Notes under the pieces: model-generated
Seen by the model: the letters and a program-made list of their open reading frames with translations, nothing else
Told to the model about the DNA's origin: nothing
Database searches by the model: none
Translations under genes and position numbers: made by a program
Assembly (NCBI GenBank): GCA_903944345.1
Contig: CAJARJ010000012.1
Coordinates: 4,266 to 68,265 of the forward strand
From: Candidatus Omnitrophota bacterium
GTDB taxonomy: Bacteria; Omnitrophota; Gorgyraeia; Zapsychrales; Fredricksoniimonadaceae
Reading direction: 5' to 3'
DNA length: 64,000 bases
Shown: positions 21,218-31,938 of the stretch, piece by piece
Numbering within the stretch: position 1 is the stretch's first letter
Layout: each line of letters opens with the position of its first letter

Positions 21218-23100
21218 TATTTATCTCCTTTCTGCAGGGATAGAAAAACCGCTGTCATAGGTGCCAAGGCAATCTGACCAGAGATGGCCGCAAGAGGTTC
21301 TTGCTGGCCTCCGGCATAGCGCACGCTGTCCGTAGTAAAAAGCAGCCGGTAATCCGCTGATAAAAATGGCAATGTCAGCGTAACCGGACGAGAAGAAAAT
21401 GAATAAATCGCCGCAAAACGCTGCCCGCGACCAACGACATACTCTGCTGCCAGCCATGCTTCAGAGTCAGGCTCAAACTGATCTGAAATAATCACTCTGA
21501 CAATACGCCGTTTTGCAGACAGATGTTTCTTCCGGAGCCTCAAAAGATCCTGATAAAGTCGCAAAAGCGCTTTATGTGAGGGCTGAGATGGCAACGTCCA
21601 GTCCAGCCTGGACGAGAGAAATGTTTGCTCGGCTTTGGGATCAGAAACGGACGTCCAGCCAAAATACAAGAAATCTCTTTGCCTGCCCTCTCGAACTGCT
21701 TGAACAAGCTGGGCATCCTCGTGGTCAATAAAGTACTGAAACGGGGCCTGCTCACCATATTCTTCCCCCATGAAAAGCAAAGGAGTATACGGTGAGAGTA
21801 AAAGGAGTGTCGCGGCAAGCTTGCGAGCCTCAAAAGACAAAAGAGAGCCAAAACGATCCCCCAAAGCACGGTTACCCACCTGATCATGGTTCTGTATGGC
21901 AACAACCAGTCTTTCGGTAGGCAAATCTTTAACCACATTCCCATGACAACGATTGCGCACTCCTGAGTAAATACCGTCATAAACAAAACCGTCTGTCAGC
22001 GCTTTAGCCAAGTTCTGAAGTGAGCCGAAATCCCGGTAATAACCTGTCGATTCTTTTGTCAACAAAGTATGGACAGAGTGATGGAAATCATCACTCCACT
22101 GGGCAGCCAGACCATAACCACCTTTATCAACCGGACGAATCAGACGAGAATCATTCAGATCGCTTTCCGCAACAACAAAGGTTTTGCGTCCATAACGTTC
22201 GCCTTCGCTTTCAACCGCGGCATTAATCTCTTCAAGAATATGACGAGCCCCGAAATCGTAGATTGCATGTACCGCATCCAGTCGCAGAGCATCAATATGG
22301 AATTCACGCACCCAGTATCTGGCATTCTCGACAAAGAATTTGCGTACCGGACCACTGCTCCAGCCGTCGAAATTGACAGCTTCGCCCCAGGGAACATGAT
22401 AACGGGAAGTAAAATATGGCCCAAACTCACGTAAATAATTTCCTTCCGGACCAAGATGGTTATAAACCACATCCAGGCAAACCGCGATTCCCTCGCGATG
22501 ACTGGCATCAACCAGCGCTTTGAGTCCCTCACTTCCGCCGTAACAAGGCTGTACAGCGAAAAGACCCGTTCCATCATAGCCCCAATTACGTTCGCCGGGG
22601 AATCTGGCCACAGGCATAATTTCCAGCACATTGACACCGAGGCTTTTGAGATATGGGAGTTTTGTGCTAACGGCAGCAAAAGTCCCCTCGGGAGTGAATG
22701 TCCCGACATGCACTTCGTAAAAGACTGCGCGGGAAAGCTGAATTCCTTTCCAATCGTGATCAGTCCATGTAAAAGAATACGGGTCAACTATTTCAGCCGG
22801 ACCGTGCGGACTAAGCGCCAGAGAACGGGCGGCGGGATCAGGGCGTTCTCTGGTTTTATCTAAAAGATAGTAATATTGCATCCCGGCTGTAGCCCTGTTG
22901 GTCTCTATCCAGAAATAACCCTCATCATCTTTGAGCATTGGCAATAAGACGTCTCCCTGGCGAGTCCGAAGTTTAAGATCCACCTCCCTGCATAAAGGAG
23001 CCCAAACTCTGAAAGAATATGTACCCTGCCCTTTATAATTGGCACCCAGATCAAAAGGTAATTCTTTAGTCAAGTGTTGTTTCATAGACGCATCCCTCAA
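21217..23100 (-). CDS. treZ: Malto-oligosyltrehalose trehalohydrolase
   Basis: FRVWAP, YEVHVGTFTPEGTF, RNWGYDG, DVVYNHLGPEGNY, LRLDAVHAI, QNHDQVGNR. Confidence 0.93.
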   Translation of the reverse strand: MRDASMKQHLTKELPFDLGANYKGQGTYSFRVWAPLCREVDLKLRTRQGDVLLPMLKDDEGYFWIETNRATAGMQYYYLLDKTRERPDPAARSLALSPHGPAEIVDPYSFTWTDHDWKGIQLSRAVFYEVHVGTFTPEGTFAAVSTKLPYLKSLGVNVLEIMPVARFPGERNWGYDGTGLFAVQPCYGGSEGLKALVDASHREGIAVCLDVVYNHLGPEGNYLREFGPYFTSRYHVPWGEAVNFDGWSSGPVRKFFVENARYWVREFHIDALRLDAVHAIYDFGARHILEEINAAVESEGERYGRKTFVVAESDLNDSRLIRPVDKGGYGLAAQWSDDFHHSVHTLLTKESTGYYRDFGSLQNLAKALTDGFVYDGIYSGVRNRCHGNVVKDLPTERLVVAIQNHDQVGNRALGDRFGSLLSFEARKLAATLLLLSPYTPLLFMGEEYGEQAPFQYFIDHEDAQLVQAVREGRQRDFLYFGWTSVSDPKAEQTFLSSRLDWTLPSQPSHKALLRLYQDLLRLRKKHLSAKRRIVRVIISDQFEPDSEAWLAAEYVVGRGQRFAAIYSFSSRPVTLTLPFLSADYRLLFTTDSVRYAGGQQEPLAAISGQIALAPMTAVFLSLQKGDK

Positions 23101-26100
23101 GAGTCCTCCTGACCGGACAAAAGGCCGGTGAAAATATGCCTGAACACGTCTTTGGCCATAACATAACTGCCTTCGGAAGAGCGCTGCACGGAAACTGTCT
23201 CCCCTGTTAAGACATCTTTAAGCAGAGAAGGATATCTGATCCCTTCAGGAAGAATTATTCTGGTTTCTTGCCATATTTGAGCGGAAGACCGATATCCCGC
23301 TTGAAGCGTAGTTAGTTCCGTAAAGAAACGGGCCGCAGCCGTCAAAACAATTTTACCAGCACGCAGACGAACAAAAGCCACTATGTTTCTTTTTTTCACA
23401 CCCTCACAGGAGGCAGGCAGATACTGCCCCCCGATAAAAAGTTCCTTGTTATCGCGGCGGAAGCGCAAAATCCTGGAAAGAAAGAAAAGTTTAAGTTTGT
23501 CCAGATCAACAATACCGGAAGCTGACATAGTATTGGACAGAAAACTTTCCGGGACATTTTCATTTCCAAGCTTTTCCCATAAATTCTGGCGATAATTAAA
23601 ATCCACCGGACGACGATTATCAGGATCAACCAGAGCGTAATTCCAGAGTTCATCCCCTTGGTAAATATCAACCACGCCTGGGGAGCATATCTTCAAAAGA
23701 ATAGCTGAAAATGAATTCAGCTTCCCGTAGAATGAAATTCTATTATGAAACATTTTAAAACTCTTTATAAAAGGATCTGTCTCAACCGGCTTGAGAAGAG
23801 AATCAGTAAAAGTTCTCACTGCTCCCTCATATCCCAAATCGGGCCTTATCCAGCTGGTATAAACCTTGGCCTCGCGTACCGATTTAAGGACGACCGTCCA
23901 CAATCTCTCGCGAAACGCAGGAAGGTCAGCAGCGGTTAGTCCCTGGTCGGGCCAGACTCCAAGCAAGGTTTGATAAATGGCATACTCCGTATTTCTGCGT
24001 GGCTCCAAAGTTCCCGCCAGGTCTGTTTTGCCGCTTTCGTTCATGAGAGCCCATTCGTTTATCAGGCACTGCCACTCCCCAGGGATTTCGCTCAGGACAT
24101 TAAGGCGCATGCGTACATCTTCACTCCGCTTAGTGTCATGTGTCGAAGACGCCAGGAGGCTGCACGTCCAGCATTTTGCAGCCTGGGAATTGCGAAGATG
24201 AAAATCCTCAACCGAGTACCCGAAATGCAGTGGGTCTCCCCCGACTTCATTCAGAGAGAGTAGACGGTTATAAACAAAAAAAGCAGTATCCTCGACGCCT
24301 TTAGCCATGATAGGGCCAGTCAGCTGCTGGAACCGCATCAGAAAATCCCGGAGCCTGACCTGACTATCGCTGTCTTCAGGGGAATAGGCTCGCAGCAAAA
24401 GAACATCCTGAAGAAAGTCATAAACAGCAGGATTAAGAGCCGGAGTTTTTTTCTTGGCCTTGCGAACTGCCATCTGAATATATTGAACATCTTTCTCTCC
24501 GAGCACCTGGGCTCCGGGCGAAACATAGGTTCTGTAAACGGGAAAACAGGCAATCACTTCACGGATAGCCAAAGTGAGGTCATTTCTGGTAAAGTCCCGG
24601 AAACGACGATTAGCCACAGTGATATGATCCAGCCGGTTGCCCAGGGCATTGATTTCACTGGCCATGTGCACCAGGGCAAAGAATTTCTTTTTGGAATAAA
24701 CCAGCTCCTCAAAATCAATCTTGTGACCGATAAAATCATCGTAAAGACGCGAAAAAGAACCTTCATTGTGCTGATTGACAAAAAGACCGTTGGCGGCGTT
24801 CATAAAATCGTAGCCGACAGTGCCGTGAATACTCCAGTCGCCGGGTAGTTGCTCCCGCCGGTCAAGAATTTTCTCTCCAACAACAAAGAATCCGGAGGCT
24901 ACACCTCCACCATCAAGAAGACGGTCAAGAACCTCACGCGCCGCTGCGACATCAAAAATATTACCTCCCTGCGTAAAGGCAGGATCCTGGTCACACTCTC
25001 CTAGAATCATATTCAGAAAACATTCCCGCTGAATCAACCTGAAATAGGCAGTCGGATCATAAAGACCGTCCGGATGATCAATGCGCAGGCCGGAAATTTT
25101 TCCCCGGCGAATAAGATCGAAAACATAAGCATGATAATGCAGAAAAACATTCTCGTTTTCTGTATGAATAGCCGCCAGATCATTGATATTAAAGAAACGT
25201 CTGTAGTTGATCTCCTGTGCAGCCACACTCCATAACCCCAGTCGGTACGCCTGGGCGTTAAGCAAGGCATCCAGCTGATCAAAACTGTGCTCATCCCCTT
25301 TACGACCGTTAAAGATTACAAGACGCGAGTGCACAAAGTCTCTGATTACCGGAGAAACAATTAAAAGACTGGCCAGCCGCCTTTTGGCAATTTCTTTCTC
25401 GCGATTACGCTCGGAAATTTTTTGAGGATCGGATTCACCGCGGGAAGGAAGATTCCTTAAAGCTGTGCTTATGCTCAGATATTCTTCAAGTTCTCTTTTG
25501 TCGCTCCCGAAAGAACCTATGAGATCCTGCAGCCCATATTCCAGAATCAAAGGATAAGTACGCGGATCGACCGGAAAGCAGCGTTCGTAATAATGGACTG
25601 AAAATCCTCCATCATTTAGAACCAGCCGGATCTCCTGGTTTTCCAGCACCCGTCCATAGAAGTCCCCCAGAACCGGCAAAAGAATTTTTCCGGAAAGTTT
25701 TCGGGTAGGCGGGTCCCAATCAATATCAAAAAAACCGGCATAAAGGGAACTCTGTCCATTCTCCAGAACATCCATCCACCAGCGGTTACTTTCGCCAAAT
25801 ATGCCCATATGATTGGGTACAACATCCAGAATTTGCCCCATTCCATGATCTGTCAAAACCGCACAAAAACGCTCATAATCCTCCGTGGAACCGATTTCGG
25901 GATTTAACCTGTTGGGATCAGTGACATCATAACCATGCAAACTGCCAGGAACCGCCTGAAAAAACGGCGAGCAATAAACAGCCTCAATACCAATCTCTTT
26001 TAAATACGGAATCAAAGCAAGCGCGTCGCTGAAAGTAAAATTCCTATTAAACTGGAGCCGATAAATCGAAGAAGGTATATAAAGAGAGCGAGCTTTCTTG

Positions 26101-26180
26101 ATAATCCAGGAGCTTAATTTCTCCTCACTCAAAACAATCCTGTTTTCTGCGATCACTTTATCGTTTAAATCCGCTACCAA
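23097..26180 (-). CDS. treY: Malto-oligosyltrehalose synthase
   Basis: YRLQFN, GSLHGYDVTD, DVVPNHMG, GLRIDHPDGL, STHDTKRSEDVR, LVDPDNRRPVD. Confidence 0.94.
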   Translation of the reverse strand: MVADLNDKVIAENRIVLSEEKLSSWIIKKARSLYIPSSIYRLQFNRNFTFSDALALIPYLKEIGIEAVYCSPFFQAVPGSLHGYDVTDPNRLNPEIGSTEDYERFCAVLTDHGMGQILDVVPNHMGIFGESNRWWMDVLENGQSSLYAGFFDIDWDPPTRKLSGKILLPVLGDFYGRVLENQEIRLVLNDGGFSVHYYERCFPVDPRTYPLILEYGLQDLIGSFGSDKRELEEYLSISTALRNLPSRGESDPQKISERNREKEIAKRRLASLLIVSPVIRDFVHSRLVIFNGRKGDEHSFDQLDALLNAQAYRLGLWSVAAQEINYRRFFNINDLAAIHTENENVFLHYHAYVFDLIRRGKISGLRIDHPDGLYDPTAYFRLIQRECFLNMILGECDQDPAFTQGGNIFDVAAAREVLDRLLDGGGVASGFFVVGEKILDRREQLPGDWSIHGTVGYDFMNAANGLFVNQHNEGSFSRLYDDFIGHKIDFEELVYSKKKFFALVHMASEINALGNRLDHITVANRRFRDFTRNDLTLAIREVIACFPVYRTYVSPGAQVLGEKDVQYIQMAVRKAKKKTPALNPAVYDFLQDVLLLRAYSPEDSDSQVRLRDFLMRFQQLTGPIMAKGVEDTAFFVYNRLLSLNEVGGDPLHFGYSVEDFHLRNSQAAKCWTCSLLASSTHDTKRSEDVRMRLNVLSEIPGEWQCLINEWALMNESGKTDLAGTLEPRRNTEYAIYQTLLGVWPDQGLTAADLPAFRERLWTVVLKSVREAKVYTSWIRPDLGYEGAVRTFTDSLLKPVETDPFIKSFKMFHNRISFYGKLNSFSAILLKICSPGVVDIYQGDELWNYALVDPDNRRPVDFNYRQNLWEKLGNENVPESFLSNTMSASGIVDLDKLKLFFLSRILRFRRDNKELFIGGQYLPASCEGVKKRNIVAFVRLRAGKIVLTAAARFFTELTTLQAGYRSSAQIWQETRIILPEGIRYPSLLKDVLTGETVSVQRSSEGSYVMAKDVFRHIFTGLLSGQEDS

Positions 26181-26304
26181 AACAGCCTCCTTTGTTATCC
26201 CTGCGTCCTGACCAAAAACAATGCCAAAGATTTACCGGGAAAAGAAATTTCCGAATGTCTTTGTGGTCAGAAAAACGCTTATTGACCTGTCTTGAAGCTT
26301 ATAC

Positions 26305-27984
26305 TCACTGCCTCCGGAAACTTTGATTGAATCTGTTACAGGCGTGGCAATAGGCATTATTATTGCCCAGCTGAGTCCGGCCGGTTTCGTCACCGGCCAG
26401 TAACATCGGAACACCCTGAGATAAAATAAGTGTTGCCAGAAGATTGCGTTTTTGTTTTTCCCGTAAAGCTTTAATGGCAGGATCAGCTGTCGGGCCTTCC
26501 ACACCGCAATTCCAGCTTAAATTATCGTTTGTCCCGTCAATATTGTTATCACCATTGGCTTCATTATGTTTATGATTATAACTCACCTGATCATTAAGCG
26601 TGAAACCGTCATGGCATGTCACAAAATTAATGCTGGCTGACGGCCGACGACCGCTTGATTCATACAGATCACTGCTTCCGCTTAAACGGGTGGCAAACTC
26701 GCCCAAAGTACCTCCGTCATTCTTCCAGAAACGCCGGACTGCGTCTCGATACAAGCCATTCCACTCGGTCCAACCGACAGGAAAATTCCCAACCTGATAG
26801 CCGCCATGGCCCAAATCCCATGGTTCAGCAATCAGTTTGACCTGGGAGAGGACAGGATCCTGACAAATAACATCAAAGAAAGCACTTAACTTGTTAACTT
26901 CATACAGCTCGCGCGCCAGGGCACTGGCCAGATCAAAACGAAAACCGTCAACATGCATCTCCAGAACCCAATATCTAAGGCTGTCCATGATAAGTTGAAG
27001 AACACGCGGGTGCTGTAAGTTAAGGGTATTCCCACATCCGGTAAAATCTTCATAATAGCGGCGATTATTTCTGACCAGCCTGTAATAAGCCGCGTTATCC
27101 ACACCCCGGAAGGACAGTGTTGGCCCGAAATGATTACCCTCAGCCGTATGATTGTAAACTACATCCAGAATGACTTCAATCCCCACCAGATGAAATGAGC
27201 GGACCATCCGTTTAAACTCGTCAATGGCCCCCTGCTCAGTCCGGGAAGCCGCATAGCGCAGATCAGGAGCAAAGAAAGAAAGGGTGTTATACCCCCAGTA
27301 ATTACTTAGGCCTTTTGCCAGAAGATGACGATCATCAACAAAATGGTGCACAGGCATAAGCTCCAGCGTAGTTACACCCAGATCTTTTAGATAATGAATA
27401 ACGGCATCAGAAGATAATCCTTCATAGGTTCCCCTGAGATTCGGCGGCACCCGGGGATGTAATTTGGTAAACCCTTTCACATGCAGTTCATAAATCAGGG
27501 TACGGTGCCAGGCAACCCTGGGTGGACGATCATTTCCCCAGTCAAAATGCGGGTCAACAACCGCCGCAAGCGGAACATACGCCGCATTATCCCGCTCATC
27601 GTAAGAAAGGTCCCCCCGCGGATCTCCGATGCGATAAGCAAACAGTTCATCCTGCCATTCGAGCCTGCGGCCAATAGCCCTGGCGTAAGGATCAAGGACA
27701 ATTTTATTAGGATTAAAACGATGCCCAAGTTCCGGTTGATACGGGCCATGCACCCTGTAGCCGTAAAGAAATCCTGGCCAAGCTCCAGGCAGATAACAAT
27801 GCCAGACCTGATCGGTATGCTCCCGCATCTGAATACGGAGAACCTCTTTCGTTTTGTCTGCCGAATCAAAAAGACAAAGCTCAACCTTGGTAGCATTCTC
27901 GGAAAAAAGGGCAAAATTGACCCCTTGCTCATCGCGCGTTGCCCCTAAAGGATATGGACGTCCCGGTCAGATATTTATAGCCAT
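26305..27984 (-). pseudogene. glgX: Glycogen debranching enzyme GlgX/TreX pseudogene (nonsense codon 6 and 3' truncation)
   Basis: [30 protein letters not shown]: in-frame TGA at 27967-27969 where homologues have Trp. Similarity ends after NNNAYC (~26346), so the C-terminal domain is missing. Confidence 0.88.
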
Positions 27985-28387
27985 AAATTATTCTTTCAGT
28001 TCTTTTGTATAAAAAGCGTTTGAGTAGGATAAGCAAATTCTATCCCGCGCTTTCCGAATTCTTCCCTGATCGCAAGATTGATCTCTTGCTGGATATCCAT
28101 ATAAATATTGTAATCAGGACCCAGCACATAATAAACGATTTCAAAAACCAGACTGAAATCACCATAACTGGAAAAATGCGCGCGGTCAAAAACGCAGCCA
28201 TTTTTCCTGATAATGCTTTCCAGAACTCCCGGAATTTACTTGAATCTTTCAAGTTGCTCGCCGCCGGGCTGCGTAAGCGAGTTGCTTTAATGCCGATATA
28301 CTTGACCGTACCTATAATGAATAGCCGAGAAAGACAACGATACTGCGAGCTACCAGAAAAGCGATCGCTGCCAGCTGAACAGAACCC

Positions 28388-28427
28388 AAAAAGGCCGCCT
28401 CCGGTTAAAAAAACCAGATGGCGGCCC
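28388..28427 (-). terminator. Rho-independent terminator after pyk-EIIA
   Basis: ggccgcc...ggcggcc stem followed by TTTTT on the minus strand. Confidence 0.65.
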
Positions 28428-28480
28428 GACCATCAATGCTCCCTCTGAAGGAAAAATTCTTCAGACCCCGTTTATCCGTT

Positions 28481-28972
28481 TCAGTCAAGAAAGAGCGCCG
28501 CAACCTCCTCAGCATTCACCGAAGCAAGAATCCGCATCCTGTTATCCTGATCCTTGACACTTCTTAGAATCTTGCCCAACAAATGAAGATATGACAACTG
28601 ATCATTCTGCGGACCGCCTATAAGAAAAACCAGATTAACCGGCTTCTGATCGGGAGCATCCCAGTTAACCGCAGAATCCACGATGGCGGTCAAAACAAAA
28701 AAACGGCTAATTCCCGAAAGACGGGCGTGCGGGATGGCAATACCATCACCAATAGCAGTACTGCAAATGCCTTCGCGGGCGTAAATCGCGGACTGAAATG
28801 AGCCAATGTCCTCAACAAGACCCAATTCGACTGCCTTTTGACACAAAGCGTCCAGCACTTCTTTCCTGGAATGCTCATACATAAAGAAAACGGTATTGCG
28901 ATTAACAAGCTGTTCTATATCCACAAGGATGCTACTCCCCTGATTTGTTTCGTTGCGGGTAACTGCCAGCAT
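28481..28972 (-). CDS. PTS EIIA domain protein (fructose/Ntr family)
   Basis: AREGICSTAIGDGIAIPHAR (phospho-His), VNWDAPD..PVNLVFLI. Confidence 0.88.
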   Translation of the reverse strand: MLAVTRNETNQGSSILVDIEQLVNRNTVFFMYEHSRKEVLDALCQKAVELGLVEDIGSFQSAIYAREGICSTAIGDGIAIPHARLSGISRFFVLTAIVDSAVNWDAPDQKPVNLVFLIGGPQNDQLSYLHLLGKILRSVKDQDNRMRILASVNAEEVAALFLD

Positions 28973-30707
28973 AAATCAATTTCTCCTGTCCATCTAGTGT
29001 CACAATCTGGTCATCCTTAAGGTTAGACATTGCCTTAAAAGCTCCTGCCAGTGCGACCAATCTCGGGTTTATTGTAAAGATATCACTCCAACTCATCGAA
29101 GAAAACTCTTCAAGAATATAACCGCCAACTTTTTTCAAAACCGGTTCAAAGGACATATCAATATATTTCGTGAGCAGAATCTCTGTACCATCTCCGGTTA
29201 TTCTCTGCAGCGCTTCTTCCAAACCCGATACTTTGACAATACGGCCGGAAAAAGTTGAGCCATAGCCCCGCAATCCTTTACCGATAACATCCGCAACCAT
29301 GAAAACCCGGATATTGTTCACCATAATCGGTGAATCAATGGGGATGCCTGAAAGAATAACAACTTTGTCAAACGGCTTGATCACACCGTGCTGCTGACCG
29401 AGCGAAATCGCATTGGCCAAGACGGAATCCGAATCATTCTCCGTACTGGAAATAATCGGAATAACACCCCAATAAAGTAAAAGCTTGCGGCGCACATCTT
29501 CATAAGGTGTTACCGCCACAATATGCTGATCCGGACGGTACTTGCTGATCAGTTTGGGAGTATTTCCACGCAAAGTTGGCGTCACAATAGCATCGGCTTT
29601 GATATCCCTGGCCACCAGAAATGCCGAGCGGGCAACCGTATCGGCAATATTGATTTGTCTGGAATCACTAAAAAGATTTCGGGCCTTGGAATACTCTGCC
29701 GACCCCTCAATCTCAAGAGCAATCTTGTGCATCATCTGAACCGTCTGTATCGGATAAGACCCGCTGGCAGTCTCACCGGACAGCATAATAGCGTCAGTCC
29801 CGTCAAGAATAGCATTGGCCACATCCGTAATCTCGGCCCGTGTAGGCATAGGGTTGCGGATCATGGATTCAAGCATCTGGGTAGCGGTAATAACCGGTTT
29901 ATTGTTTCTGTTGCACTTCTGGATAATACGTTTCTGGGCCAGAGGGATTTCTTCAGGACGCAACTGCACCCCCAGATCCCCGCGCGCCACCATCACACCG
30001 TTCGAGACCCGGATAATCTCGTCGACATTCTGCAACCCTTCCTCATCCTCCACTTTCGCAATAATATCAACATTGCTGTCAGCGATATCAATCGCGGCAC
30101 GAATTTCCTTGATGTCGCTTGGCTTGCGGATAAAAGAAGCCGCAATAAAATCAACCCCCTGTGCTATCCCGAACATGAGGTCTTCCAGATCCTGTCCGGT
30201 GACCGCTGGCAAAGAGGTTCTGACGCCAATAACGTTGACATTTTTATAGCTTCCGATCCGGGCATCATTTTTAATCAGACAAAGGATCAGCTGACCTTCA
30301 ACTTTCTCGACTTCCAGGTTTACAAGCCCGTCCGCAATAAAGATCTGTTTGCCAGGAGAAACTTCAGTCGGCAAATTTTTGTATGAAATCCCGAGCAGCT
30401 CGGCTGTGCCTTCCACCTGCTCGGTCGTAAGCGTAATGTGTCTACCCTTGACCAGTTCGATCATTTCGTTATTTCTGGTCATGCCGGTCCGGATTTCGGG
30501 TCCCTTGGTGTCCAGAAGAAGGGCAACCGGAATTGAGGTCTTGCGACTTGCGTCCTTGACGATATCCATCCGTTCCTTATGCTGGGCATGATTGCCGTGA
30601 GAAAAATTAAACCTGGCAACATTCATCCCTGCATAAAGCAACCCCTTGACCGTCTCAATATCCTGACTCGCCGGGCCTATAGTGCAGATAATTTTTGTTT
30701 TGCGCAT
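28932..30707 (-). CDS. pyk: Pyruvate kinase with C-terminal extra domain
   Basis: RKTKIICTIGPAS, RFNFSHG, DTKGPEIRTG, MVARGDLG, ATQMLESM. Confidence 0.96.
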   Translation of the reverse strand: MRKTKIICTIGPASQDIETVKGLLYAGMNVARFNFSHGNHAQHKERMDIVKDASRKTSIPVALLLDTKGPEIRTGMTRNNEMIELVKGRHITLTTEQVEGTAELLGISYKNLPTEVSPGKQIFIADGLVNLEVEKVEGQLILCLIKNDARIGSYKNVNVIGVRTSLPAVTGQDLEDLMFGIAQGVDFIAASFIRKPSDIKEIRAAIDIADSNVDIIAKVEDEEGLQNVDEIIRVSNGVMVARGDLGVQLRPEEIPLAQKRIIQKCNRNNKPVITATQMLESMIRNPMPTRAEITDVANAILDGTDAIMLSGETASGSYPIQTVQMMHKIALEIEGSAEYSKARNLFSDSRQINIADTVARSAFLVARDIKADAIVTPTLRGNTPKLISKYRPDQHIVAVTPYEDVRRKLLLYWGVIPIISSTENDSDSVLANAISLGQQHGVIKPFDKVVILSGIPIDSPIMVNNIRVFMVADVIGKGLRGYGSTFSGRIVKVSGLEEALQRITGDGTEILLTKYIDMSFEPVLKKVGGYILEEFSSMSWSDIFTINPRLVALAGAFKAMSNLKDDQIVTLDGQEKLIYAGSYPQRNKSGE

Positions 30708-30715
30708 AAAATATT

Positions 30716-31411
30716 TTACCTTCCACGTTCCAGAGCATTCAACAAAGCGTTCATGACCCGGTTAATTTCCGTAAAGCGCGGGCCATCAGCCAGGATTTCT
30801 TTCTCGGCCTGGACATAGCAGGATGGAACAAGTTCCTGGCGACAATGACTGAGCATCAACCTCGCAGACTCGGGTGTTGTCTCCAGATGGAACTGTAATC
30901 CTACCACGCAACCAGCAAAAATAAAACCCTGATTTTTACAAGCATCGCTCGCGGCTATCGGCAGAGCCCCGTCAGGGATATCAAACGTGTCCCCGTGCCA
31001 GTGAAAAACCTTCAGCTTTTGCGGAAAGACAGCGTCCAAAGCCGTAGCTTCCAGTCCGGGCATACGACAGATATCAAACCATCCGATCTCGGGATATTTG
31101 TTCTTGTAAACCCTGGCGCCCAGAACTTCAGCCAGCAATTGCGCCCCCAGACAGATTCCCAGAATTGTTTTGCCCGAATCAATAGCCTTACGGATAAAAG
31201 ATTTCTCCTGCACCAGCCAGGGATACTCTTTCTCATCCCCGACGCTCATGGGGCCTCCCAACACTATCAACCAATCAACTTCCTCCAGTAAAGGCAAAGC
31301 ATCTCCCTCAAACATACGCGTACAGGATAGAGTGTGCCCTTTGCGCTCCAGTTCCGGTGCAATACTTCCCAACCCCTCAAAAGCAACATGCTGTAAATAA
31401 TGAACCCGCAT
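30716..31411 (-). CDS. Class I glutamine amidotransferase-like protein
   Basis: QHVAFEGLG, LGGPMS, GICLGAQL, QFHLE triad. Confidence 0.88.
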   Translation of the reverse strand: MRVHYLQHVAFEGLGSIAPELERKGHTLSCTRMFEGDALPLLEEVDWLIVLGGPMSVGDEKEYPWLVQEKSFIRKAIDSGKTILGICLGAQLLAEVLGARVYKNKYPEIGWFDICRMPGLEATALDAVFPQKLKVFHWHGDTFDIPDGALPIAASDACKNQGFIFAGCVVGLQFHLETTPESARLMLSHCRQELVPSCYVQAEKEILADGPRFTEINRVMNALLNALERGR

Positions 31412-31467
31412 TCATTCCTCCTACTCGGATTTTTTGGGGAAATGGTGATCTGCTGCAAGCAGAAAAT

Positions 31468-31938
31468 CTACCAGGCAATGATCTGCTTTTCCTGCATAGC
31501 CTTTTTCTCTGGGGCCGCAGGATGCTTGCTGATAGTGACCCCCTCAGCAAACATATCTCTGGGCACAGCATCCTGGGCCTGTCTTGAAATACCAGAAGTA
31601 GCAGAAGCCTTTGCTCGTGACGAAGCCACCTCCGCCGTATTTATACCTGAAGCCGCAATTTCTTGAGAAGGCCTGGCAACAGGGTCTGGCTTGGTAATGG
31701 TGATCCCGGGCGCAGGAGAAACCGGAGCCGGATGCAACAAAGCTGGTTGTCCAGCATCCGACCTTTTTAAAGGCACCGACTGTTTATCGACTATGACCGC
31801 CGAATCAGGCATCAGTTCATGAGAGCCGGCTGGCAAAGACTCAACCTCGACTTTCTTGAAAGCGAAGTTGGTCAAGAAAGGAAGCAGTAAAGCAAAAACA
31901 AATAAAACAATAAGATATAACGGTTTCGGCCTGAACAC
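31468..31938 (-). CDS. Hypothetical protein with N-terminal membrane anchor and Pro/Ala-rich linker
   Basis: Abuts the pilX-like stop; hydrophobic N-terminus. Confidence 0.55.
   Translation of the reverse strand: MFRPKPLYLIVLFVFALLLPFLTNFAFKKVEVESLPAGSHELMPDSAVIVDKQSVPLKRSDAGQPALLHPAPVSPAPGITITKPDPVARPSQEIAASGINTAEVASSRAKASATSGISRQAQDAVPRDMFAEGVTISKHPAAPEKKAMQEKQIIAW

Noticed and set aside
27967-27969. TGA at a Trp position suggesting stop-codon reassignment
   Set aside because: TGA terminates intact genes here (e.g. znuB, tolC), Trp is otherwise TGG, and glgX is also truncated
28005-28448. ORFs between glgX and EIIA (147 aa plus strand, 70 aa minus strand)
   Set aside because: No motifs or convincing RBS; the plus-strand ORF overlaps a terminator; cannot support either
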